Below are positions 1 to 10,504 of a DNA stretch of 64,000 nt, piece after piece (position 1 is the stretch's first letter; the number at the start of each line of letters is the position of its first letter). The position numbers were made by a program, and so were the translations under genes. This DNA is from Candidatus Obscuribacteraceae bacterium (GTDB taxonomy: Bacteria; Cyanobacteriota; Vampirovibrionia; Obscuribacterales; Obscuribacteraceae): contig JBGASG010000006.1 in assembly GCA_044229845.1 (NCBI GenBank), positions 64,001-128,000 on the forward strand, given 5' to 3'. The notes under the pieces were generated by a model. That model was not told the DNA's origin. It did not search any database and was given only the letters and a program-made list of their open reading frames with translations.

Positions 1-423
1 GCCATTCTTGCCCATCTTGATGTCGCACTCGAATTGCTTGCCGATCTTCAATCGGCTTGCGACATCCTTCGCGGGATCTAAGTCGAGCTGCGCACCATCT
101 TTGAACTCCACCTTGGCGTGGTGGAAGTCATCTTTGTCTTTGCCTGGAGAGAAACTGAGTTTAGTAACGCCGTGCTTTCGCAGGATTTCTGCGGCTTTCG
201 GTCCGAACTGGTCGAAGTCTTTGGGAGTAAGTTCGGCAGACTTGGGAATCAATTCAGGAGGCGGCTTGTCTCCACGCTCCGGTGGAGGCACCGCTCGCAG
301 TGCCTCCGCGAACTCCTCGAACCAGTTGCCGTGCGCCTCAGTCTCGGCATTTGCCAGTTCGGTGGCAGCGGATACCGGCGGCGCATCGGCGCCTCGTATT
401 TCAGAATATAGATCGTCAGCCAT
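1..423 (-). CDS. Hypothetical protein, runs off the window edge; paralog of 463..1122
   Basis: My translation from ATG 423 is MADDLYSEIRG...EAHGNWFEEF...ELTPKDFDQFGPKAAEILRKHGVTKL...LKIGKQFECDI. It aligns with EAHGNWISEL...ELTDKDFDKIGPKAAQVLKDAGVTKL...LKIGKEFSCDI of the neighbour. Not in the ORF track because no stop lies in the window. Confidence 0.75.
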   Translation of the reverse strand, partial: MADDLYSEIRGADAPPVSAATELANAETEAHGNWFEEFAEALRAVPPPERGDKPPPELIPKSAELTPKDFDQFGPKAAEILRKHGVTKLSFSPGKDKDDFHHAKVEFKDGAQLDLDPAKDVASRLKIGKQFECDIKMGKNG

Positions 424-462
424 GAGCGAGCTCCTCCAGCACTGCGCAGCAACTTCGGTTTG

Positions 463-1122
463 CTACGACTTAGCTGGTGGTTTATCCTGACCCAATAACT
501 TCAAGAACCGGTCGAACAATAATTCTGCCTTGTCCATGACCTCGGCTGGTCTGGTACGAGTTTGATCGCGGCTGAATACTTTCCAAGTGCCGGTGGATGT
601 CACTTCGGATTCGCCTTTGGCGTTTCTTCCCATCGAGATCTTGGTCACGGTGGCATCGCGGAAGGCACCCAATATCTGCGACTCGGCGGTCAGTCCTTCA
701 ATATTGCTGAGGACAAATTTGCCGTTGGCATCTTTTGAGATATCGCAGGAAAATTCCTTGCCGATCTTGAGCTTGCGGCATCCATCGACGGCGGGATCTT
801 GATCTATCTCAAGTCCCTTCTTCAATTCCGCCTTCACATGGTTGACACCATCGGCGCCAGGCGTGAGCGTCAGTTTCGTCACGCCGGCGTCCTTCAAGAC
901 TTGCGCCGCCTTCGGACCTATTTTGTCGAAGTCTTTGTCGGTCAGTTCAACCGGTCCGCCGCCTGCCTGCTGGAGCATGGCGACTTGCTCGGGTGCTCCG
1001 GTCAACGTTGCTAATTCGGAAATCCAGTTGCCGTGGGCTTCATCGGCTGCGTCGTCGGCTGCAAGAGGTACTAAAGGTATGTCGTCAGCGGCGCGTGCGC
1101 CGTCTGCAAGTGGTGGTGTCAT
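463..1122 (-). CDS. Hypothetical protein, tandem paralog of 1..423
   Basis: ORF 463..1296. Likely start is ATG 1122 (MTPPLAD), preceded by CAGGAG. Confidence 0.7.
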   Translation of the reverse strand: MTPPLADGARAADDIPLVPLAADDAADEAHGNWISELATLTGAPEQVAMLQQAGGGPVELTDKDFDKIGPKAAQVLKDAGVTKLTLTPGADGVNHVKAELKKGLEIDQDPAVDGCRKLKIGKEFSCDISKDANGKFVLSNIEGLTAESQILGAFRDATVTKISMGRNAKGESEVTSTGTWKVFSRDQTRTRPAEVMDKAELLFDRFLKLLGQDKPPAKS

Positions 1123-1362
1123 AGAGGCGTCTCCTGATTGAATGGCTTCGCAACCATTCCCCACACCCTTTATATGGGACAGGGCACGACTTTGGTATGT
1201 GGCTAGAGGAAAACCTGACTGCACAATTCCACAGGCGAGCACGACCGTCAGCAGGGTTGATGCACGCCAAATCGGTGCGTAGACCCGTACTGCCATACCC
1301 GAGCCGGGTTTGTATGATTAACCAACCTTCCCCTCCAAATCGCGTCAAGCGTGGTGTTTCAG

Positions 1363-2238
1363 ATGACTGATGCTCCCAGACCTGATGTTAAGACGACCGT
1401 CGAGACTCCCAGCCCGTTCAAGTTCGAGATTCCCCCGCCGCAAGCGACCGATGCGCCGGGCGCCGACATGAACGACCCTTACACCCGCGAACTGGCCAAG
1501 ATGACGGCGCTCGATGACCGGGTGAATATCGGATTCAAGATGGCTCCCTCTGTCGAATCTGAATATCGGAATTTGATCGCGTCGCACGAGCAGCAGCCTC
1601 AGTCCCAGTCCGACCGCGACCTGGCGATTGCCGGCCGCATGCGGATGCTCGAACACTTCAATGCCGCCGGCGACTCGCCAAAAGTTTTGCAGATGGCCAC
1701 AGAGACAGCGCGACTCTATCCGGAGGTCTTCAGTCAACATCGTTTCGATGTGATCGCAAGCAACAATTTTTTAACCGCCAATCCTGAGTTCTTCGAACTG
1801 CTGAAGAACGCAACAGATGAACAAAAGGCGGTCTATCAGCGAGCGGCCCGCAAATCAGACCGAGACGTGGAATGGTTGAATGCCACCAGAGGGATGATGA
1901 ACCACTACGACGAGCTGATGAGCAACCCGGAAACGCACGACGCCGGATTGCGCGAGTACTGGAAACTGGTGAACGGTTCCGAACACCAAAAACCGCAGGA
2001 CCGCGGAGACAGAGAGGTTGCCGGAAAAGCGCGGCTGCGCATTCTGGATCATATGGACAAAGACGGCGTCGACAAAGCCGAAACAATGCAAGTAATGATT
2101 GAAAGCATGACGAGATATCCCGAGCTCCTGGCGCAGCCGAGGTTTATGTCCATCGCGCGGAATCTCGATGCCGGTCAGAACGCAGCCTGGGTTGCGGCAT
2201 ATAGAAACGCCGGCGGCGACCTGAGCAAACTGCAATAG
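1363..2238 (+). CDS. Hypothetical helical protein with an internal duplication
   Basis: ORF 1351..2238. Repeated halves: QPQSQSDRDLAIAGRMRMLEHF..YPE and QKPQDRGDREVAGKARLRILDHM..YPE. Confidence 0.7.
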   Translation: MTDAPRPDVKTTVETPSPFKFEIPPPQATDAPGADMNDPYTRELAKMTALDDRVNIGFKMAPSVESEYRNLIASHEQQPQSQSDRDLAIAGRMRMLEHFNAAGDSPKVLQMATETARLYPEVFSQHRFDVIASNNFLTANPEFFELLKNATDEQKAVYQRAARKSDRDVEWLNATRGMMNHYDELMSNPETHDAGLREYWKLVNGSEHQKPQDRGDREVAGKARLRILDHMDKDGVDKAETMQVMIESMTRYPELLAQPRFMSIARNLDAGQNAAWVAAYRNAGGDLSKLQ

Positions 2239-2522
2239 AATCTGCCGGGCGAACATTCTGCGCATGCCATCGGCGAACACCCGCATGGCATGGGCTACAC
2301 GAGTTGGCATTGGACATACAAACGCGCTAAGCTTTGCTGAATGCTACACGACAAGCCGGGAATTCCGTGGCAATATGCGGATGAAGACGTTCCACCCGAT
2401 TGGATCACAGGCACCACAGGTAGTGCAGACACAGACAACCCAACGGCGCCGCCGGCAGTGAATGCGGGACCAAGACAACAGGTAATGTACTCGCGATAAC
2501 GACCTACGACGCTGGTTTGGCT

Positions 2523-4288
2523 GGCGGCTCTAAAGCCGTCAACTACACAGTCCAGAGCGGCGACACGCTGAATTCCATCGCTTCGGGATTGGCGACTAAC
2601 ATCAATGCCGACACCGACCTCCAAGGGATAAGTGTGTCCGCTGTTGCGGTGACACCCACATCTGGTGTCTCAGTCGTCAATCTGCTCTCTGCATCAAAGA
2701 ACGCGACCACATATGCGAAGTCGTTGAGCGGTGGCGCTACGGAGACAATTGCCCTGAGCAAGAATGTCGGGGTGTCCCAAGCGACCTTCAATACGGTCAA
2801 TGAGCTAACCGGCATCTCGGCCGGTGGCAATGCCCACTTCGAGGAAACACTGACAGTCCGGTATTACCGGTGACTGTCGCAGGCAATGCTGTCGACATGC
2901 CGACATCTCAAAGTTTTTCGGGGAATGCCGCGCTGTCGTCGGGGAGTAACAGTATCAGCGTGAGCGCCACTGCTGGCGGCGGAAGTGGTACAACTACAAA
3001 TACCCACAAGCTAGAAGTGGTGGGCGCTGGCAGCCAGACGCTGACCTACGACGACAACGGCAACCTAACCAGCGACGGAACGAATTCCTTCGCATGGGAC
3101 GCCGAAAACCGACTGATTCAGATTACTTATCCCAGTTCGGGAAATAAAACCGAGTTTGTGTACGGGCCAACTGGCGGCCGGATGAAGATCGTCGAGACGG
3201 TATCCGGGAGCATAACGAGCACTAAGCAGTTCGTCGGTCCTGAGGAGCGCGATGCAAATGGCGATGTTTCTACGAAGTTTTTCGCAGGTGGACAGGTAAC
3301 CGGTGCATCACTTTTCTACTACACGAAAGACCAGTTAGGTTCAGTCCGCGAAATGTGCGACGACACTGGCGCTTCTCAAGCGTTATACGCTTTTGATTTG
3401 ATTGGGAGACCTACAAAACTAGAGGGTGCAGAGGAAAGTGATGTCCAGTTTGGCGGAATGTACATACATCGAAGAAGTGGTTTAAGTTTAGCTTCGTATC
3501 GAGAGTTCAGCGCAAAACTTGGACGATGGCTGAGTAGGGATCCCATCGGCGAGGATGGCGGCTCAAACCTGTATGCGTATGGTGCGAACGATCCCGTTGG
3601 TTCTGTCGATCCAAGTGGTCTGCTAAAGTTCTGCCTGTCTGCCCAGAAAGGACGGGGGCTGGCAGGGTTCTTAGGTTACCGAGGGTACCAAGGTCCCCCA
3701 ATTGGACCCCCCGTATACCCCCCGATTGACACAGGAGGCAGCTCCGGTTCTGGAGACGGTGGCGGAGGTGGAGATCCTTCATTCGGTCCCGTAGCTGGTC
3801 CCCCCATCAAAATACCAGGTAGCAATGGGCAACCCACATGGCACTGGGGTCCAATAGGAAGCGCTCTCTCTCAAATGAGTAGCGATGACGCCGCAACCAC
3901 TGGTTTCTATACGGGCATGGCGACCTTAGGAGGAGCTTTAGCAGGCGGCATGATGGCTGCTAGCAGCGGTGGCGGTGGCGGTGGCGGTAGCTCAGGTCCC
4001 ACATTCATTGTAACTCCAGGCGGTACAGCCTATCCCGTGCCAACAGGCGCAACGGGTCCCGTGCCGACTTTCGTCCGCACGGGCGCAACTGCAGGTTCTC
4101 GAAACGGTAGTGCTTTTGTCGGCGGCAGGGGAGGAGCAAACGGACAAGTCCGAACAATGAGAATCATGGACCCGAAGAGAGGAGCCTCTAGGGGATATAT
4201 AAAGTACGAAAACGCAAACGAGCAAGGCGTCAACCCTTATACTGGTCGAACTGGATCAGATGCCGAGACGCACTTCATGATTGATTAG
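2523..4288 (+). pseudogene. 5'-truncated, frameshifted rhs copy: Rhs core plus a putative nuclease-type C-terminal tip
   Basis: 2523-3144 matches the reverse complement of 28598-29220 in the main rhs. One base is missing near 2841 (CACTTCGAGGA vs CACTTCCAAGGA). Core motifs YYTKDQLGSVR, GRWLSRDPIG and DPSGL are present. The tip ends RIMDP..GYIKY.N..Q.VNPYTG...HF. Confidence 0.8.
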
Positions 4289-4300
4289 GCGGTGTGCTGA

Positions 4301-4777
4301 ATGACTCACGACAATCTGGCGCAACTCCCCCCCGCGGAGATTTGCTACCGAATTCTTGCAGGCAAAGAAATATCGGGCGTTCGATTCGGCTATCATCTCT
4401 CGGTGATAGTGGACGGATTACACAAGGGTTTTTCGAACACTGTCAAAGGCGAGTCCTTTGTCACCCTTGCTGGCCCATGGGTACTTTCTAAAGCAAACGG
4501 GGTGGATAACTGTCCAAAAGCTACATCATCTCCGGGCTTGAGCGCTGCCGATCAATTGATGCAAATTTCTCAGGTCGCCGAAAAGCTAATTCTGTCCGTT
4601 GAGGTGAGTGCGGACTCTTGTGACTTGCTGATCCATATAGAGGACGGATGGTTGCTGACGGCCAGCGGCGATGGTGATGAAGGGTGGCACGTAGGACTCC
4701 GGGATCAATTTAGCCTCTCCGTAAGGGAACGCGTGATTACGTCTCTGGATCTGTGTCTGCCTGGTGATGACGCATGA
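4301..4777 (+). CDS. Putative immunity protein for the upstream Rhs tip
   Basis: 158 aa ORF starting 12 bp after the Rhs stop. Function is inferred from position only. Confidence 0.6.
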   Translation: MTHDNLAQLPPAEICYRILAGKEISGVRFGYHLSVIVDGLHKGFSNTVKGESFVTLAGPWVLSKANGVDNCPKATSSPGLSAADQLMQISQVAEKLILSVEVSADSCDLLIHIEDGWLLTASGDGDEGWHVGLRDQFSLSVRERVITSLDLCLPGDDA

Positions 4778-5033
4778 TCTCTGTGACCGGCGATGCAACG
4801 CTCACTCCAGGTAAGCGAAGCATAGTTCCCCAATGGTCTGCACTGCCTGTGTGCTTCTTTATAATCGTCCTTCATTTTTCGCGAACAGCCGGACAAAGAG
4901 AAAGGGAGGACCACCATTTTTGAAAGCGGTATCAAAGCTTTGGCACTTTCTCGCAATTGGGCATCTGTGCACGGTTCAGCGGGACCACTCAACATGCCGC
5001 CGCTGCGCGCGCGTAAGTGCAGGTTAAAGAGGG

Positions 5034-5162
5034 CACTACTCACAGCCCGAAACCCGCAGAGAATGGGCGTTTATCCGTATACCAAAAATGCAGAAGTGAT
5101 ACCAAACCCACTACTCACAGCTCGAAAGAGCCAGCCAGTCAGAGTTTATCCGTATACCAAAA
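5034..5162 (+). repeat. Bipartite direct repeat with a 75-bp period
   Basis: CACTACTCACAGCYCGAAA at 5034 and 5109; GTTTATCCGTATACCAAAA at 5069 and 5144. Confidence 0.85.
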
Positions 5163-5550
5163 TCTCACTTCACCCCTGATCAGCACCCCGCAAAAACAAA
5201 TTCGCGGTCCCTTGTTGCCTGAATGTTCCCGACCGTGCCTGGTACTGCCCGTGTGGTCCGCACCGTAGACGGTGTCGTATTGCGCAAGCATCGATTGACC
5301 GGCTATATTGAGCAAATGCGATAGAAACGCGCCCGCAGACGGAAGCCCGCGTGTTCCGGTCGCAAATCTCTCACGCAAGCATCGAACAACGGTTGCTTAG
5401 CTCAACGAGTACGCGTTCCTCCCCGGGAACTTGCCTGAAGGACAACCAAGAATTCTGCGCGTCAGGAAGCAGGGGTTCGCACAAGCCCTGGACTGATTCC
5501 ATACCAGACGCCGTCACTCGCTCTCAGCGACTCCACAGCGACATTAGCGC

Positions 5551-5700
5551 GCGCCTGCGCTTCATGCCCGGCACCAGCCGAGCGGCGGAGCCCTAGTGTC
5601 AAGGCCAAGCCCCTGCGGGGTGGCTCCTTTCGTCGCCAGCCTTGACACCAGGGACCTGCTCCGCCGCTATTCAGGCATGAGGGCATGGCGACTTGGCGCG
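5551..5700 (+). promoter_or_regulatory. Conserved long hairpin upstream of integrase (candidate ssDNA promoter), copy 1
   Basis: Nested inverted repeats: TCATGCC/GGCATGA, AGCGGCGGAG 5581/CTCCGCCGCT 5659, GTGTCAAGGC 5596/GCCTTGACAC 5639. TTGACA lies in the stem. Homologous copies precede the other two int genes. Confidence 0.6.
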
Positions 5701-5831
5701 CGAATTTTTCCGCTAACCGGAGCCTGGAAACGCACAAGCCATCAGCCTTCCGGAACATAAACTTTTTTCCGAACTGCATACATTGTGCTTACACAACTTT
5801 TTTGCCCACCCCAAATTTCAAAGGCGGACCG

Positions 5832-7043
5832 ATGCCCAAATTGACCAAATTGTTCGTGACCAATGCACCGCTCCCACAGAAGGGACAGATTATCTATCGC
5901 GACACCGCGGTAGTCGGCCTGGGACTTCGCGTTACGCCCGCAGGGTGCAAAAGTTATGTGGTGGAAGGCCGGGTGAACGGTGTGTTCCGTCGCATCACCC
6001 TCGGCAGAGAGAATGAGCTAACTCCCACCGCCGCGCGCAAAAAAGCCCAGAAGGTTTTGACCTCGCTGGCAGCCGGCAAAGATCCGATTGTCGAAAAGTC
6101 GAAGAAGAAGATTCGAGGGGCAACCTTGCGGGAGGTTTTCGAGCATTTCCTCACCGTGCGCAACCTGCGCCCGAACACCATGCGTACCTACAGAAATATG
6201 CTGCCCCGCTGTTTGGGTGACTGGCTCGATCTGCCGGTGGTGGCAATCACAAGAGAAATGGTCGAGCAGCGTCACATGGACCTGCGCCGCACCACCAGGC
6301 AGGGCACATCTGGCGAGGCCCAGGCGAACACAGTCATGCACGTCCTGGGTACGCTCCTTAACTTCGCAGCTGTCAACTACGAAATCGACGGCAAGCCAAT
6401 CATCCTGGTCAATCCAGTCAAGCGCCTTTCCAATAATCGCCGCTGGTATCCCGAACGGCGCCGACAAACAATTATTCCTGACCACAAACTGCCTGCCTGG
6501 TACAGCGAGGTCATGTCGCTGAGGCAGGAAACTGTCAGGGACTACCTGCTGCTATTGCTGTTTACCGGATTACGCCGCAACGAAGCAGCCACCTTGCGAT
6601 GGGCTGATGTCGATCTTGAGGCGAAGGTCCTCACGATCCGTTCGGAGATAGCAAAGAACGGGAACGAGCACCGCTTGCCACTAAGTGACTTTCTCGAAGA
6701 CTTGTTGAAGCGAAGACACGCATGCCGGGGGGACGCAGAGTTTGTGTTTCCTGGACGCGGCAAGAAGCCGCACATCATAAGTCCAGATTGCTTGATCGAA
6801 CAATTAGCAGAGAGGATCAACTGTCCGTTCACGCCGCACGATTTGAGGCGAACGTTTCTGACGGTAGCCGAGAGGCTGGCACTTTCATACGTGGTGCTGA
6901 AAAAACTCGCAAATCATTCAGGAAAGAACGACACGACCTTTGGTTATGTCGTGGTGGATGTCGAACGACTGCGCGAACCCATGCAAAGAATCACGAATGA
7001 ATTTCTGAGGCTGTGTAAGCCAAATACCGACGAGGAAGCCTGA
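5832..7043 (+). CDS. Tyrosine integrase with N-terminal arm-DNA-binding domain
   Basis: Motifs TGLRRNE, KN, HDLRRT and NHS..TFGY give the R-K-H-R-H-Y catalytic set. The start MPKLT is shared by all three paralogs. Confidence 0.95.
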   Translation: MPKLTKLFVTNAPLPQKGQIIYRDTAVVGLGLRVTPAGCKSYVVEGRVNGVFRRITLGRENELTPTAARKKAQKVLTSLAAGKDPIVEKSKKKIRGATLREVFEHFLTVRNLRPNTMRTYRNMLPRCLGDWLDLPVVAITREMVEQRHMDLRRTTRQGTSGEAQANTVMHVLGTLLNFAAVNYEIDGKPIILVNPVKRLSNNRRWYPERRRQTIIPDHKLPAWYSEVMSLRQETVRDYLLLLLFTGLRRNEAATLRWADVDLEAKVLTIRSEIAKNGNEHRLPLSDFLEDLLKRRHACRGDAEFVFPGRGKKPHIISPDCLIEQLAERINCPFTPHDLRRTFLTVAERLALSYVVLKKLANHSGKNDTTFGYVVVDVERLREPMQRITNEFLRLCKPNTDEEA

Positions 7044-7175
7044 ACGCCAATGGCGCATTTTTCCGAATCGCATACAATGAGCTTACAAGCCTTTTGAAAC
7101 TCGACGTCGCCGCAAGCGAAGACACCGACACCACGACGCATTGGCACCACCGGCGATGCGAGCGTTTTCAAACAG

Positions 7176-8084
7176 ATTACTTATCCCAGTTCGGGAAACA
7201 ATTCGGCTTTTACATATGACCCGCACGGAAGAGTGGTCAAAATTGTGGAGACTGTGGCGAGCAGCGTCACCAGCACAAAACAGTTGATTAACCTTGGATT
7301 CCGATTTGCCGAGGAGCGGGATGGCTCTGGAAGTCTTACCAGGCAGTTCTTCCGAAGAGGTCAGATCGTTGGAGCTACCAATTATTTCTATTTCAAAGAT
7401 CAGCTTGGCTCGATCCGGGAAATGACCGACGCAGCTGGTTCGGCAGTGTCAAGTTACACCTTCGATCCTTTCGGCAGGGTTGCGAGCATCACCTCCACGG
7501 TTGAGAGTGACCTGGGCTTCGGCGGGTACTACCGCCATCGACGGAGTAATCTGGACCTCGCATTGTTTCGAATATACAGCGCTGCACTTGGCCGCTGGAT
7601 CAGCAGAGATCCCATTCGAGAAAAGGGCGGCTTGAACATGTATGCATACGCGGGAAATATGCCGGTGCGAAAGTTAGATCCGACGGGATTGAGCTGTAAC
7701 AACTTCGACGACGATGAAAACTACCCTCCTGATGAAGACGATTGGTTGCCTTGGCTGGAGATTCCATCTTACACAACAGATCCACACATGGAAGGGGTTT
7801 TTCAGCTTCCTAGACCGAAAAGACGAATCCGTCTACGTTCATTCTTTAAGCCCTGCAAACCGGATAGTGATCCGCAATGCTGCGAAGAAAACCGTGTGGG
7901 CTGCGGATCAGTGGCGAGAATCGTCAATGAAAAGTTCGACTTGAGTCTGGATGAGTTTCAAAAGTTGATTGATTGTTGTGACAAGGCATTTAAGGAATGC
8001 GAGGAGCATTACCGCAGTGGGACAGAGTACCCCCAACATCCCTGGGAAGATTGCTTTAAGGAATATGTGATTTTCACGAAATGA
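7176..8084 (+). CDS. Orphan Rhs core plus Cys-rich C-terminal tip cassette
   Basis: Frame is open from the core (ITYPSSGNNSAFTYDPHGRVVKIVE). Contains YFKDQLGSIR, GRWISRDPI and DPTGL. Confidence 0.85.
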   Translation: MTYPSSGNNSAFTYDPHGRVVKIVETVASSVTSTKQLINLGFRFAEERDGSGSLTRQFFRRGQIVGATNYFYFKDQLGSIREMTDAAGSAVSSYTFDPFGRVASITSTVESDLGFGGYYRHRRSNLDLALFRIYSAALGRWISRDPIREKGGLNMYAYAGNMPVRKLDPTGLSCNNFDDDENYPPDEDDWLPWLEIPSYTTDPHMEGVFQLPRPKRRIRLRSFFKPCKPDSDPQCCEENRVGCGSVARIVNEKFDLSLDEFQKLIDCCDKAFKECEEHYRSGTEYPQHPWEDCFKEYVIFTK

Positions 8085-8265
8085 TTTTCATGCTGCACCC
8101 AGATGCGTTGTTCGCTCAAACAGAGCTGACCGCTCAAACACGGACTGACTATCGCGGTGCACATAGCGCTACATATAACTACACTTGTTCCTGAAAGCGT
8201 TAGGCAGCACAATTGAACGTAGAACTGATTCCCATCTCTCTTCTCAACGCCAAAGGATTTCAAAG

Positions 8266-8844
8266 ATGGATGAAGAAACTTTCCGGAAGGTTCTTAGGAA
8301 TGGCTTCGTGCTAAGGGAACAAGCATTTGCTGAAGTTGGTCAGATTTCGCGAGGGCGCAAAGCTTTAGATTGTGCCGATCAGTTGCTAAACTGCGACGAT
8401 AAGTTGACTGGTTCCCAGCTTTTGGAAGTGCTTGTCGAGTTTACGCCCTTAGCAATAGCTTGTGGTGACTTTTCGCGAGCCTCAACCTACGTAGCGATGC
8501 TTGTGCAAATATCTCAGGAAAACACACATATGTGTCACTTGGCTTATACTGCCTGGATATTTAACGGTATGGTACTTCTCGGACAGGGAAGAGGCGTGGA
8601 AGCTGTAGACTCGTTGAACAGAAGCTCCCTTCCTCTGTCGCCAGACGGGAGTTTATTAGTACCCAGCAAACGCCTGCTCAACTTTTTACGCGAACTGCTG
8701 CATTCGGAAGCTGCCTTGATGGCGCATTCCAGAGAGGCAGTCGTTGGATTTGTCAGCAGATTAGTAGAAGGCATAAAAGATGAGCCAGGGAGACCAAACA
8801 AGCAGAACTTCTTATTATTCCTCGAAGAACTACAGGGAAGCTAG
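8266..8844 (+). CDS. Putative immunity/partner protein, helical (TPR-like)
   Basis: ORF 8185..8844 with likely ATG at 8266. Follows the Rhs tip. Confidence 0.55.
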   Translation: MDEETFRKVLRNGFVLREQAFAEVGQISRGRKALDCADQLLNCDDKLTGSQLLEVLVEFTPLAIACGDFSRASTYVAMLVQISQENTHMCHLAYTAWIFNGMVLLGQGRGVEAVDSLNRSSLPLSPDGSLLVPSKRLLNFLRELLHSEAALMAHSREAVVGFVSRLVEGIKDEPGRPNKQNFLLFLEELQGS

Positions 8845-8976
8845 AACGAAGCCTGGCGTCGAACCACCAGCGGCACCACGAGCCTTCCAAAATCAAGTCG
8901 CGAGCCAGAGCGACGGTCAACCTACCTACAGCATGTCCGTCATTGTGTTTCTTAGCCCTGTGAGCTACGGCGAACG

Positions 8977-9347
8977 GCAAGATAAAAGGATGATTTCAAC
9001 CACCCGAAACGCGCACCACTGGCGGTGTTACACGGTTTCGCCAATGGTATCCGCGAATGCCGCATGCCTAGATGGGAAGCCCTGTCTGACTCGAACGGCA
9101 TTCGCGCATCGGTAGCGCGTTTCCGGCATCTCTTCGGAGTCTTTCTCATTCTGTCGTGGCATCGGTTTGGGCTCAGAGAATTAGCGGATTTCACTTCCAG
9201 ACGCATGTTCCTAGCTGACCCTATATGTGGTGGCATTGTGGAACAACGCGCCCCAGTGCGCGTCACTGGCTACTGACGAGCTAACTTCGCTCGAACACCT
9301 CACTCTCCGTGAGGCATGGCAAGCCGCAGGCTTGCTTCAACAATTGC
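8977..9347 (+). repeat. Conserved non-coding module with an oriT-like site; inverted copy of 12361..12730
   Basis: GCAAGATAAAAGGATGATTTCA (reverse complement contains TATCTTG^C), palindrome at 9013-9028, and CTATATGTGGTGGCATT...CTTGCTTCAACAATT are all shared. Confidence 0.85.
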
Positions 9348-9456
9348 GTGTGCGTCCGGTAGTCCACGTCGTTGGCAATTTTGCGTCGCCGTGGTTTGCT
9401 AATTGCACATGCGGCGCTGCCAGTTCGAAGCTGCGAAGAGCGCCTGCACTGAGAGT

Positions 9457-9915
9457 ATGCGAGGGCAAGGCGTGGCACGAGCAAGAAAAGCGGATAGGCA
9501 CCAAGACGGCGACGTGCTCCTGACACGGAACGAAGCTGCCGAGTATCTCGGCGTCTCTCCCAATACGTTGGCGATCTGGAGTTGCACGGGGCGGTATGAC
9601 TTACCCTTCGTGAAGGTCGGGCGGCTTGCAAAATACCAGAGGTCAACTCTCGATCAGTTCTTGCAGCGCCGCACCAAGCACTGGAACGGGACGGAAACGG
9701 GACGCGCGGACCGTCCTTCCAAGCCCCGCGAGGTTCGGTCTCAGGAAGTCGAATTCCGTGAGGTGCGGCTGGTCGATCCTCGCAGGACCGACATCGTACC
9801 GTCATCCAGCAGCGTGTTGGAGATCGTTCTACCAAGTGGTATCACTCTTCGACTACCGGGAGGATCTTCTCCAGACTTCCTTGCTTCGGTAATCGCTACA
9901 TTGGAGAAAGCGTAG
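9457..9915 (+). CDS. tnpA: IS66 TnpA-like protein with an excisionase/MerR-type HTH N-terminus
   Basis: LLTRNEAAEYLGVSPNTLAIW...PFVKVGRLAKY (Xis-like) followed by the TnpA-like tail LEIVLPSGITLRLP. Stop overlaps the tnpB start. Confidence 0.75.
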   Translation: MRGQGVARARKADRHQDGDVLLTRNEAAEYLGVSPNTLAIWSCTGRYDLPFVKVGRLAKYQRSTLDQFLQRRTKHWNGTETGRADRPSKPREVRSQEVEFREVRLVDPRRTDIVPSSSSVLEIVLPSGITLRLPGGSSPDFLASVIATLEKA

Positions 9916-10322
9916 TGTTTAATTTGTCACCATCGGTGCGGATTTTCGTTTGCACAAAGCCTATCGACATGAGGCGTTCGTTCGACGGGCTATTCGGTCT
10001 TGTTCAATCGCTAGTGCATCAAGATCCATTTTCTGGATCGCTCTTTCTCTTCCGTAGTCGACGCGGCGACTTCATAAAAATTCTCTGGTGGGACCTCGAC
10101 GGCTTTGCCATTTTTGCCAAGCGCCTCGAAGTCGGAACATTTCGTTTTCCGGAAGTGCGGTTCGTGAACGGCGAGTATGAAGCAATCGAGATGGAACGAT
10201 CTGACCTTCTCCTGCTTCTAGAGGGCATCGACACCGATTCTGTGAAGAGATTGAAGCGCTACCGCCGGGAAAGCCCGGATCGAGCCAAAAGCGCCACCCC
10301 AAAAGTACCCGCCATGCGGTGA
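9915..10322 (+). CDS. tnpB: IS66 accessory protein TnpB
   Basis: PIDMRRSFDGL, LFLFRSRRGD.IKILWWD.DG...KRLE.G.F. Confidence 0.95.
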   Translation: MFNLSPSVRIFVCTKPIDMRRSFDGLFGLVQSLVHQDPFSGSLFLFRSRRGDFIKILWWDLDGFAIFAKRLEVGTFRFPEVRFVNGEYEAIEMERSDLLLLLEGIDTDSVKRLKRYRRESPDRAKSATPKVPAMR

Positions 10323-10504
10323 GCGATCAGACCAGTGCCACGGGCTGGTACTTTCGAGAAATGCGGAGTAAAACATAATAGAATTTTCCAAGACGCTGGC
10401 CGGCAATGTCGCCACCATTGGCGGTGCAATACAGATCAGTCAGATCTAAGCTGCAAAATACGGTCCCGAGTAGTACCATATACGGTATCACTCAGGTATT
10501 TGCC

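Larger units (their letters stand above)
3120..7185 (+). mobile_element. Putative rhs-targeting integrative element D (core - Rhs-CT - immunity - int - core)
   Basis: Bounded by direct repeats AGATTACTTATCCCAGTTCGGGAAA at 3120-3144 and 7174-7198, and contains an integrase. Confidence 0.75.
7174..9347 (+). mobile_element. Truncated element E (core - Rhs-CT - immunity - oriT-like region), cut by IS66
   Basis: Begins at the core. 8977-9347 is homologous to 12361-12730 in inverted orientation. Ends exactly at the IS66 left inverted repeat. Confidence 0.65.

Noticed and set aside
5034..5162. Possible mini CRISPR array
   Set aside because: Only two units of two alternating boxes, no palindromic repeat, and no cas genes in the window.
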